64,000 bases of DNA from an uncultured Gemmatimonadales bacterium (GTDB lineage Bacteria; Gemmatimonadota; Gemmatimonadetes; Gemmatimonadales; GWC2-71-9): positions 384,001-448,000 of the forward strand of contig CAWGED010000019.1 in the NCBI GenBank assembly GCA_963821525.1, written 5' to 3'. Each line of letters opens with the position of its first letter. Position 1 is the first letter of the stretch. Under the pieces are notes generated by a model, which worked only from the letters and a program-made list of their open reading frames with translations, was not told the DNA's origin and made no database searches. The translations under genes were made by a program, and so were the position numbers. This document shows, in pieces, positions 44,337 through 54,098 of this stretch.

Positions 44337-45407
44337 ATGGCGAGTATTGATCAGATCGTCTCCCTGCTCGGCGACAAGGCCGATCCTCTTCTCAAGTTTT
44401 CTTCACCGAAGATCGCCAGGAACCGGCTCCACGTACCGGGACCCGACTTCATTGACCGGATCTTTGCCCCGTCCGACCGCAACAATCGCGTCCTGGTCAA
44501 TCTGCAGCGGCTCCTGGGTTCCGGTCGGCTGGCCGGCACGGGATACCTGTCGATCCTGCCGGTGGATCAGGGCATCGAGCATTCGGCCGGCGCCAGCTTC
44601 GCGAAGAATCCGGATTACTTCGATGCGGAGAACATCGTCCGGCTGGGGATGGAAGGTGGCTGCAATGCCGTCGCCTCAACGTTCGGTGTCCTGGGTTTCT
44701 GCGCCCGGAAGTACGCCCACAAGATCCCGTTCATCGTGAAGATCAACCACAACGAGCTGCTCACGGTTCCCAACAAGTTCGACCAGGTCCTGTTCGGGAC
44801 GGTGAAGCAGGCGGTGGACATGGGCGCAGCGGCGGTGGGAGCCACGATCTACTTCGGGTCCGAGGAAAGCGGCCGCCAGATCATTGAGATCAGCCAGGCG
44901 TTCGCCATGGCGCACGATCAGGGGCTGGCGACGGTACTGTGGTGCTACCTGCGCAATCCCGCGTTCAAGAAAGACAAGGACTATCACGTCGCGGCCGACC
45001 TCAGCGGTCAGGCCAACCACCTCGGCGTTACGATCGAGGCCGATATCATCAAGCAGAAGCTTCCGGAGAACAACGGCGGGTATCAGGCCCTGAACATGGG
45101 CGGCTCGAGTTACGGCAAGTTTGATGAACGGATCTACACCGAGCTCAGCAGCGACCATCCGATCGACCTGTGCCGCTACCAGGTGGCCAATTGCTACATG
45201 GGCCGAGCCGGGTTGATCAATAGCGGTGGCGCCTCGGGGAAGAACGATATCCAGGATGCGGTAGTGACGGCCGTCATCAACAAGCGGGCGGGAGGGATGG
45301 GTCTCATCTCGGGTCGTAAGGCCTTCCAGAAGCCCATGAAGGACGGCGTGGCTCTGTTCAACGCGGTCCAGGACGTCTACCTCTGCAAGGAAGTGACGGT
45401 CGCGTAG
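44337..45407 (+). CDS. fbaB: Class I fructose-bisphosphate aldolase (DhnA type)
   Basis: [33 protein letters not shown]. Confidence 0.95.
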   Translation: MASIDQIVSLLGDKADPLLKFSSPKIARNRLHVPGPDFIDRIFAPSDRNNRVLVNLQRLLGSGRLAGTGYLSILPVDQGIEHSAGASFAKNPDYFDAENIVRLGMEGGCNAVASTFGVLGFCARKYAHKIPFIVKINHNELLTVPNKFDQVLFGTVKQAVDMGAAAVGATIYFGSEESGRQIIEISQAFAMAHDQGLATVLWCYLRNPAFKKDKDYHVAADLSGQANHLGVTIEADIIKQKLPENNGGYQALNMGGSSYGKFDERIYTELSSDHPIDLCRYQVANCYMGRAGLINSGGASGKNDIQDAVVTAVINKRAGGMGLISGRKAFQKPMKDGVALFNAVQDVYLCKEVTVA

Positions 45408-45490
45408 TGGCCGACACAGAATCCCCAAGCCGAGCGTGGTAATGTAGGCGCTATCGGCTTGGTCAAGTATCCGTCCATTGGTGGTGGGGC

Positions 45491-47020
45491 ATGAGACGAT
45501 TCTCTCCACGGGCCTTTTGGCCCGCTGCGCTATCAGTACTGCTCACCTGTTCCGATGCTCCCTCCGGCGGTGTGGCGCCGCCCTCAATACCACTTTCGTC
45601 AGTCGTCGCTAAGCGCCCTAACATCATCTTCATCTTAAGCGATGATGAAGACGTTGGAATCCACGCCTTCCTGCCTAAGACCAAGGCGCTGCTGCACGAG
45701 AAGGGGACAACCCTCAACAACTTCTTCACGACCTATTCACTGTGTTGTCCGGCGCGGGCAAGCATTCTCCTCGGCCAGTACCCCCACAACACCAAGGTCG
45801 AGTCGAATGCCCCGCCTTCAGGGGGATATATCCAATTCAGGGATCTGGGGCGAGAACAGACCACCGTCGCCACCTGGCTTCAGCAGGCCGGGTATCGGAC
45901 GATCCTCATCGGCAAGTACCTCAATGGATACGACATCTCGGTAGCCGGCGCCGCTCCCCCTGGCTGGGGCGACTGGAACGGTGCGTTTGGCACCGTGTAT
46001 CAAGGGTTCAACTACTCGTTGGACGAGAACGGCACGATCGTCAACTACGGTGCAGCGTCGCAGGATTTCCTCACCGACGTGATTGCCCGCAAAGCGGTCG
46101 CGGCCATTCGCCAGGCAGCGCAGGACAGCGTGCCGCTCTTTCTCTACCTCTCGCCAGTCACCCCGCACCTTCCGGCCGGCTTCGCGCCGCGTCATGCGGG
46201 CTTGTTCGGTGCGACTCCACTGCCAATCCTGCCGAACTACAACGAGAAAAACGTGAGCGATAAGCCGCTCGCCATCCGGTCCCTGCCGCTCCTCGGATCC
46301 ACGGCACTGAGCGATTTGACCAGGGTTTACCGGAACCGGCTTCGCTCCCTTCAATCGATCGATGACCTGGTGGATTCAGTAGTCACTACTCTCAAGGCCG
46401 TCCACCGGCTGGACAAGACCTGGATCTTCTACCTGTCGGACAACGGCTTTCACCTCGGAGCACACCGGAGTCAGCGGGGAAAGAACCTTCCCTATGAGGA
46501 AGACCTGCGAGTACCCTTCGTGGTTCGCGGGCCACGTGTCCCAGCCGGCCGGGTGGTGAACGAGATCGGGCTCAACATCGACCTGGCAGCCACCTTCGCC
46601 GAGATTGCGCAGGTCACACCGACCGTGGCGCAGGACGGCCGATCGCTAGTTCCCCTTCTTACCGGAACCGGAGCCCCAGGCTGGAGGCAGAGCTTCCAGG
46701 CCGAGAAAGGCAGCGAGGACACCACATCAATTTTCATGGCGACGGATACCACACATCCTCAGCTCGAATTAGGAGACGCTGTGACAAGCTTCGCCGGCCT
46801 GGGGTGGAACGCAATCCGCAGCGTGCGTTGGAAATATGTCGAGTGGGGGACTGGGGAGCGGGAGCTCTATGATCTCACAGCGGACCCTTATGAGATGAGC
46901 AACCTCCTCTTCGTCGGCGGCGACACTACGGCAGTACCGGCACTCTCGACCCGGTTGCATCAGCTCATGACCTGTGCGGGCCCCAGCTGCGCGATGCTGG
47001 AAGATCTTCCCGTCCCCTGA
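45491..47020 (+). CDS. Sulfatase (N-acetylglucosamine-6-sulfatase-like), exported
   Basis: PNIIFILSDD, CCPAR formylglycine motif, GKY, SDNG, ELYDL. Confidence 0.9.
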   Translation: MRRFSPRAFWPAALSVLLTCSDAPSGGVAPPSIPLSSVVAKRPNIIFILSDDEDVGIHAFLPKTKALLHEKGTTLNNFFTTYSLCCPARASILLGQYPHNTKVESNAPPSGGYIQFRDLGREQTTVATWLQQAGYRTILIGKYLNGYDISVAGAAPPGWGDWNGAFGTVYQGFNYSLDENGTIVNYGAASQDFLTDVIARKAVAAIRQAAQDSVPLFLYLSPVTPHLPAGFAPRHAGLFGATPLPILPNYNEKNVSDKPLAIRSLPLLGSTALSDLTRVYRNRLRSLQSIDDLVDSVVTTLKAVHRLDKTWIFYLSDNGFHLGAHRSQRGKNLPYEEDLRVPFVVRGPRVPAGRVVNEIGLNIDLAATFAEIAQVTPTVAQDGRSLVPLLTGTGAPGWRQSFQAEKGSEDTTSIFMATDTTHPQLELGDAVTSFAGLGWNAIRSVRWKYVEWGTGERELYDLTADPYEMSNLLFVGGDTTAVPALSTRLHQLMTCAGPSCAMLEDLPVP

Positions 47021-47088
47021 GCCACCTACCGAAGGGGGTTGGGCCAGAATAGCTTTGCGAACCTCCTCCTACACACGATAAATCCGGC

Positions 47089-48788
47089 ATGGGTTCCTCA
47101 CCCGCGAAGCTCGACCTAATCTCTCCCGCTCTCACAATTGCCTCGACGGTTTTCCTGGTCTCGACGATGGCCGCGCAAGCCCCCTCTCCGGGCGCGGCAC
47201 CCGGTCGCTCTCCGGTCTACGCCCCCCACGGAGTGGTCGCCACCAGCCAGCCACTCGCTACGGCCGCGGGTCTTGCCGTGCTCGAGGGTGGCGGGAACGC
47301 CTTTGATGCAGCGGTGACCGCGGCGGCGGTTCTCAACCTGGTGGAGCCCCACATGACGGGGATCGGCGGCGACATGTTCGCGCTGATCTGGTCCGCAAAG
47401 GAAAGCCGGCTTATCGGGCTCAACGCGAGCGGACGGTCGGGCTCCGGCATGACTCGCGACGTTCTCCTCGACCGGGGAGAGAAAGCGGTCCCCACCTATG
47501 GTGCCGAGTCCATCACCGTTCCGGGCGCGCTAAGCGGATGGGCTAAGCTGCTCGAGCATTATGGAACCATCACGCTGGCCCAGGCGCTGGGACCCGCCAT
47601 CCAACTCGCCGAGGAAGGATTCCCAGTCTCCCCCATCATCGCCCAGCAGTGGGCCGATGAGACCGAACGGCTGCAGAAGGACGAGGGAGCCAAGGCTACG
47701 TTTCTCATCGACGGGGTCCGAGCACCGAAGGCCGGCGAATGGTTCAAGAATCCGGACCTGGCTCGGACCTTCCGGGCGATAGCAGAGGGTGGACCCGGCG
47801 TGCTGTACGGTGGGGAGCTGGGACAGCTCATCGTCAACCGGGTCCAGGCGCTGGGAGGATTTATCACCCTCGACGACCTGATGAGCCAGCAAGCCAACTG
47901 GGTTGAGCCGATCTCGGTGCCGTTCAAGAGTTACCGCGTATGGGAGCTGCCGCCCAACAACCAGGGCGTCGCCGTGCTGGAGATGTTGCGGATTCTCGAG
48001 CCCTACGACCTCGCCGCGTTAGGACACAATTCGGCGCCGTATCTCCACCGGCTGATAGAGGCCAAGAAGCTCGCCTTCGCGGATCTCGACCGGTACGTGG
48101 GGGATCCCGCGGCCATGAAGACCCCGGTTTCCCTGCTCTACTCCGACAAGTTCATCGCTCAACGCCGGTCCCAAGCTGAATCCGAAGCGCGCGGTCGAAC
48201 GCCCGGAGCCGGGCGCAGCCATGACCCACAGCGAGACCATCTACCTGACCGTGGCCGACGCGCAGGGGAACATGGTCTCCTTCATCAACAGCCTCTACGA
48301 CGCCTTCGGCTCGGGCGTTGTGGTGCCGGGCACGGGGTTCGCGCTCCAGAATCGGGGATCGGGTTTCACCATCGAACCGGGACTTCCCGAACACGGTGGG
48401 CCCCAAGAAACTGCCCTTTCACACTTTGATTCCCGGGTTCGTGACCCGCTCTACGCCACAGGGCGAGGAGGCCTGGATGAGTTTTGGGGTGATGGGCGGG
48501 TCGATGCAGCCGCAGGGACACGTCCAGGTGTTGCTCAATCTCCTGGTCTTCGGCATGAACGTGCAGGACGCGATTGACGCACCGCGGTTCCGGCATCTGA
48601 GCGGGCTCAAGGTAGCGCTCGAAGCTCCACTCGCCGATCAGGTGCGCGCGAAGCTCCAGGCCATGGGGCACCAGGTGGTCAACTTGGCACCGGGATCAGC
48701 CGGCGGGGCACAGATCATCATTCGGCTGGATAAGGGATGGGAGGCCGGATCGGACCACCGAAAAGACGGACAAGCAGCGGGGTATTAA
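47089..48788 (+). CDS. ggt: Gamma-glutamyltransferase family protein; apparent frameshifts at ~48175 and ~48385
   Basis: GGNAFDAA, GIGGD, ITVPG, catalytic ETIYL, LQNRG, PFHTLIP, GVMGG, RKDG. Confidence 0.9.
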
Positions 48789-48800
48789 TCGTGAGTCAGA

Positions 48801-48843
48801 GCCCGGTGCTCGCCAACTCAGGGCACCGGGCGTGCTTTTTTTC
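48801..48843 (+). terminator. Intrinsic terminator
   Basis: GCCCGGTGC/GCACCGGGC stem followed by a T tract. Confidence 0.6.
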
Positions 48844-49282
48844 ACGCTGCGACAAAGTGGGCCCCACAGCGGTTGCACATGAACGACTGCTCCCACTTCT
48901 GCATCAGGCCGGGAAGAACCTCGTTGTTGAACTGCCTTCCTGAAATCGCAAATCGAACGGCCAGAACCGTGAGTCCCAGGGCCACCAGGGTTCCGAGCCC
49001 GGGATGGACAATGCTGCCGATTGCGTAGAACCCACAGAAGAAGGCTGCGGTGCTCCAGAGCATCCAGTGCTTCTTTCCCGGAGGGGCCGCCTGTTGGGAG
49101 AGGGCGGTCTGCTGCCGGCCGGTGGTGCTCGTACTGGTGCTGCCGAAGGCCATGCCTCCACCCGATCCAAACGCGGCGCCGCTGCCGTGGCTCACCGTGT
49201 TGATGATGGAAAGCCCCTCGTTGTAGATCAGCGACAGTTTCCGAACCTCGGTCGAGGTGCACTTCGGGCAAGCGAGATTCAT
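48842..49282 (-). CDS. Hypothetical membrane protein with split zinc ribbon
   Basis: N-terminal CPKC and C-terminal CNRC flanking two TM helices; GGAGG upstream. Confidence 0.7.
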   Translation of the reverse strand: MNLACPKCTSTEVRKLSLIYNEGLSIINTVSHGSGAAFGSGGGMAFGSTSTSTTGRQQTALSQQAAPPGKKHWMLWSTAAFFCGFYAIGSIVHPGLGTLVALGLTVLAVRFAISGRQFNNEVLPGLMQKWEQSFMCNRCGAHFVAA

Positions 49283-49423
49283 GGGTACCTCCGGTGGCAG
49301 GTGGACCGGCCCGGCTTGCGGAGTTTGGGTCTGGGCCTATGATCTCCCTTGGCGGGGGCCCTGTGCGGCCCTCCCGGGAGTGCAAGCTCCCCCGCATTGC
49401 GCGGAATCCGAGGGAAAACCGTC

Positions 49424-49954
49424 ATGTCGCATCCAGAGCTGCAGGGAGAAACACTGGACGAGATGTTCAGTGTCGCCTACGAGGAGTTGCGCCGGCTGGC
49501 CGCCAGCGTACGGAGGGACGACCCCGGCATGACCCTGAGCCCGACCGCGCTCGTCAACGAGGCCTGGCTCAAGCTGGCCAGCTCGCCCGGAGTTCAGCCC
49601 GCTTCCCGTCTCCACTTCAAGCGCATCGCGGCCCGCGCCATGCGCCAGGTCCTGATCGAGGCCGCCCGCCGCCGCAAGGCGGACAAGCGTGGCGGAGGTG
49701 CGCTCGCGATCACCTTCGATGATGGCCTGCAGCAATCCACCACCTGCGATGACGAACTGCTGGCGCTGGACGAGGCCCTCGAGCAGTTGGCCCGACTCGA
49801 GCCCCGCCAGGCGGAGATGGTAGAAAGCCGGTTCTTCGGGGGACTCGACGTCAGCGAGACTGCCCAGCTGCTCCAGGTCTCCGAGGCCACGATTCTCCGC
49901 GACTGGCGGGCGGCAAGGGCCTGGCTGGCCCGTGAACTCCGGAGGTCCTCATAG
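49424..49954 (+). CDS. ECF sigma factor, kinase-associated group (ECF43-like)
   Basis: YEELRRLA, TLSPTALVNEAWL, ARAMRQVLI, RFFGGL, RDWRAARAWL. Confidence 0.9.
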   Translation: MSHPELQGETLDEMFSVAYEELRRLAASVRRDDPGMTLSPTALVNEAWLKLASSPGVQPASRLHFKRIAARAMRQVLIEAARRRKADKRGGGALAITFDDGLQQSTTCDDELLALDEALEQLARLEPRQAEMVESRFFGGLDVSETAQLLQVSEATILRDWRAARAWLARELRRSS

Positions 49955-52609
49955 ATCCGGCGCGGTGGGGACGGGTGCAGGAGCTCTTCCATGCTGCGGC
50001 GGAGCTCGACGCAACCGGGCGGGAGGCCTTCCTGAAACGGGAGTGCGGCGATGATGCACCGCTCCTGAGCGAGGTGCTTGCCCTCCTCGAGGAGGACGCC
50101 CAGCGGAGGTTCACTGCTCGATCGGGACCTGAGGCGCGTTGCGCAACAGGTGCTGGATGATTCGTCGGTGCTTCCCACCCAGCGGTTCGGCCCTTACCGG
50201 GTTCTTCAAATGTTGGGTGAGGGGGGAATGGGAGTCGTCTACCTCGCGGAACGGGAGGATCTCGGTACCCTGGCCGCGGTGAAGCTGCTGCGGGATGCGT
50301 GGCTCTCTCCCGCCCGTCGCGAGCGGTTCGCCAGCGAGCAGCGTACCCTGGCTCACCTGAATCACCCGTCCATCGCCCGCCTGTACGACGCGGATACCCT
50401 CGCGGACGGAACGCCATGGTTCGTCATGGAGTACGTCGAGGGTGTCCCGCTCACCCACTATTGTGCCGCGCACGGATCGAGTATTGCAGAGAGGCTCGAG
50501 TTGTTCCGCGCCGTGTGCGAGGCGGTTCAGCACGCCCATCGCCATCTGGTAGTACATCGCGATCTCAAGCCCTCCAACATCCTCGTCACCGCCGACCGCA
50601 CGGTGAAGCTGCTCGACTTCGGTATAGCCAAGCAGCTGGAAGGCCTCGAAGCCCCGATCGAGCAGACCCGGACCGGCCTGCGGCTCATGACGCCCGCCTA
50701 CGCCGCTCCGGAACAGATCCGGGCCGGGCGGATCGGCATCCACACCGATGTCTACAGCCTCGGCGTGGTGCTGTACGAGTTGCTCGTGGGGCGACTGCCG
50801 TTCGATCTGACCGACAAGACTCCCGGAGAAATCGAGGCGATCGTCACCGAACGGGAGCCGGAGAAGCCATCGGTCGCCGCACGGCGGATGGCCGCCCTCG
50901 GGGGAAAGGCTCCCGCCTGGCCGGGTAGCAGGTCCGCGGCGGCCGATCTCGATGTGCTCTGCCTCACGGCGATGCACAAGGATCCTCAGCGCCGGTATCG
51001 CACGGTCGAGGCGTTGATCCGCGATATCGATCACTACCGCCATGCTCAGCCGCTCGAGGCGCGAGCGGACACGCTGGGATACCGGGTCGGGAAATTCGTG
51101 AGACGGAACTGGCGCGCGGTCGCGGCCACGAGCGTGGCGTTCGCCGCCGTTCTCGCGCTGGTGATCTTCTACACCGTCCGGTTGACCAGGGCGCGCAACA
51201 CCGCCGTCGCCGAAGCGGCACGAACCCAGCGGATTCAGGGCTTCATGATGAAGCTCTTCGAAGGGGGCGATGAAGAGGTCGGTCCCACCGACAGCCTGAG
51301 AGTGCTCACGATCATCGATCGCGGCTTCGAGGAGGCGAGGAGTCTCGACGCCGAACCCGCGGTGCAGGCCGAGCTGTACCAGACTCTCGGGAGCATCTAC
51401 CAGAAGCTGGGCAACTTCGTCCAGGCCGATTCACTCCTGCGCTTCGCCCTCGAGCGCCGCAAGGCGATCTTCGGTCCGGACCATCCCGAGGTCGCCAGGA
51501 GCCTGGTAGCGCTGGGGTCGCTCCGGGTGGATCAGGCGGAATATGAAGAAGCGGAGCTGTTGATCCGCGAGGGGCTGGCGATGAGCACCAGGGACCTTCC
51601 GGCCGGACATCCCGACGTGGCCCGGGCGACCGAGGCGCTGGGTCAGGTCCTGATCGAGAAGGGTGACAACGAGCAGGCGATCCAGGTCCTGGAACAGCTC
51701 GTCCAGCTCAGGGCTCCCGCCGGACCCAATTCGGCGGACATGGCCTCCGCCCTCTACGAACTCGCCAACGCCCACTTCTATGCCGGACACTACGCGGAAT
51801 CCGACTCACTGAACCGGCGGGTCATGGAGATCTATCGCGAGCTCTACGGCGATCACCACCCGGTCATCGCCGACGGGCTGATCAACCTCGGCGCGTCGCA
51901 ATTCGACCTCGGCCACTACGCCGAAGCGGAGAAGTACTACCGGCAAGCTCTGGCGATCACTCAAGCGACCTACGGACTGAACCACTACAAGACCGCGGCG
52001 GACCTCACCATGCTGGGCCGCGCACTGGTCTTCGAGAAACGCGATTCCGAGGCGACGGTCATGCTGAAGGAGGCGCTCGCCATCAGAGAACGGGTCTACG
52101 GGCCGGTGCACCCCAGTGTCGCGTCGACCCTGAACGAGTTGGGGAATATCGCCTACGCGGCGGACAGCCTGGACCAGGCCGAGGCCTATTACACGAGAAT
52201 GGTGGACATCTACCGGAAGGTCTATCACGACCACCACTTCCGGATCGGGATCGCGATGGCGAACCTCGCCGGCGTGTACATGGATCGGAAGGAATACCCC
52301 AGAGCGGAGAAGCTTTATCGGGAGGCGCTGGACATCTACAAGACCACGCTCGAACCGACCAACATCAATGTAGGTATCGGGAAGATCAAACTGGGAAGGA
52401 GCCTGCTGCGTCAGAGTCGTTTCACCGAGGCCAGCCGGGAGAGCCTGGCAGGATACCAGATCCTGATCACCCAGACCGATCCTGCGGTGAGTTTCCTCCG
52501 TGCCGCCCGGAAAGATCTGATCGCGGCCTACGACTCGATGGGCCAGCCGGAAAAGGCTGTGAAGTTCAGGGCCGAGCTGGCCGACACGGTGCAGCCCCGA
52601 ACCAACTGA
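49951..52609 (+). CDS. Membrane Ser/Thr protein kinase with periplasmic TPRs; apparent frameshift at ~50105; start codon uncertain
   Basis: GEGGMG, AVK, HRDLKPSN, DFG, YAAPE, TM, TPR array. Confidence 0.92.
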
Positions 52610-52622
52610 GGTCGACCACAGT

Positions 52623-53288
52623 TCAGGGAGCCGAACTCGCTCCGGTATCGCCGGTCGAGTCGGGCGGTACCTTCAGGTAATGCAGGGTGAACGAGCGGCC
52701 CTGCATCATCCCGTCCAGATCCACGAACGCAATGAGCCGGGTGCCACCCAGGCCCAGCTCGTACCTGGTTTTCACCTTGCCGCCGCCGTCCACCTTCCGC
52801 TCGACCACGATGGCGTCGTGATCCCAGCGGGCAGTGGTTTCCACGGTTCCGCCGCCCTCCACGGGCTCCTCGAGCTTTTTCCCATCGAGGTGGAGGGTCT
52901 TTACACTGCCGGAGTCGTCGACCACGGTGAAAGTCGAAGCCTGCGCATCGATGCGGATTCGCTTCGGCACCCGCTTCGAAAGCACCATGGTCTCGCGCAT
53001 GCGGGCCCTGGCCTTGTCACTAAACTCGGGGTGCCGCCCGCCATAACCAGGAGTCGGCTGCCGGGGCTCCCCTCCGGCCGTTCCGGTCGAGGGCTCACCC
53101 CAGGAGGGCCGAATTGGCAGCTGGCTGTCGGCTTGAGCGCTGCCCGAGTCGAGGCCGGCCTTGGCCATGTCCAGTCGCCATTCTCCGTCAGGACGGGCTT
53201 GGGCCGCGAGAGCGGGGGCGCAGGCAAGCGCGAGGAGGAGGAAACCTGCGTGAGATCCCTTGGTACGAAATCCGAGCATTATGACCAA
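52623..53288 (-). CDS. Hypothetical secreted protein
   Basis: Signal peptide, GEWRLD start of a beta-rich domain. Confidence 0.6.
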   Translation of the reverse strand: MVIMLGFRTKGSHAGFLLLALACAPALAAQARPDGEWRLDMAKAGLDSGSAQADSQLPIRPSWGEPSTGTAGGEPRQPTPGYGGRHPEFSDKARARMRETMVLSKRVPKRIRIDAQASTFTVVDDSGSVKTLHLDGKKLEEPVEGGGTVETTARWDHDAIVVERKVDGGGKVKTRYELGLGGTRLIAFVDLDGMMQGRSFTLHYLKVPPDSTGDTGASSAP

Positions 53289-53550
53289 GCGCCGGAGCGC
53301 GAAGAAAGACGAACGTTGAGAGAACCTGAACCGTTCATACTGACGCCTGAAAAATAGCGAAGTTGCACCACATTTTCTCTGCCAGCGCTACCCTTGCGTG
53401 GATTACACCGGCGGGCATAAAATGAGCCACATGGGGGCCGGTGGTGCACCGGCTTCGAGGTCCGTTCGGGCGGGAGAGACTCGTCAGTTGCGGGCGCGGG
53501 AGGCTTCGGCCTCGACCGCGCCCGTTGTGCTTATACGAGGAGAAAGAAGA

Positions 53551-53576
53551 AGTCCCGGAAGCGAACTTCCGGGACT
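53551..53576 (-). terminator. Intrinsic terminator
   Basis: AGTCCCGGAAG/CTTCCGGGACT stem followed by TCTTCTTT on the minus strand. Confidence 0.7.
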
Positions 53577-53598
53577 CTCCAGCATCGCAGCACAACGA

Positions 53599-53919
53599 TC
53601 AGCTGCCTGCTCTGCTCATCTTGTCTACGTCGAGGCGGTTCTTTCCGGTCAACCGGTTCCACGCGTCATGAACGGCATCCTTGACGTTCTCCCACGCGGC
53701 GCCGCCTGGACCCTTGGCCTCGAACTTGTCCCAACCGGTCCTCAGGTCCTCCTTCGCCTCATCCCAGCTGCGGCCCCTGTGACGGTGAGTTGAGACATAT
53801 CCATAGAAATATGCCGGTCGCAGTTCGTCATACGCGCGACCCTTGGCGTAAGGCCGGGAGGCGTAGTTTGCCTTCCACCAGGCATCCTCTTCATCCCAGC
53901 CGGCATCAAAATCGTGCAT
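53599..53919 (-). CDS. Hypothetical Trp-rich small protein
   Basis: PAYFYG, WDEAKEDLRTGWD, WENVKDAVHDAW; GGAGG/GAAGG upstream; terminator downstream. Confidence 0.7.
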   Translation of the reverse strand: MHDFDAGWDEEDAWWKANYASRPYAKGRAYDELRPAYFYGYVSTHRHRGRSWDEAKEDLRTGWDKFEAKGPGGAAWENVKDAVHDAWNRLTGKNRLDVDKMSRAGS

Positions 53920-54098
53920 TGTCCTTCACCTCCGAGAACATGTGAATGAGAGCTGCTGCGGAGGTACGGTAACTCGAAGGTGAAGGGATCGGAGTGATCG
54001 ATGTCACGGCGATTATTGCGCATTTGCGCCCGACCCGCGTAGCGCAGTCATTCTCCTGTCAGGTCGCGATGAACTTGCGATTCAGCTTCATTACCGGT

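Noticed and set aside
53405..54025. Additional GG-N10-GC matches (e.g. ~53413, ~54007, plus strand)
   Set aside because: No co-oriented downstream gene; illustrates the chance background for this motif
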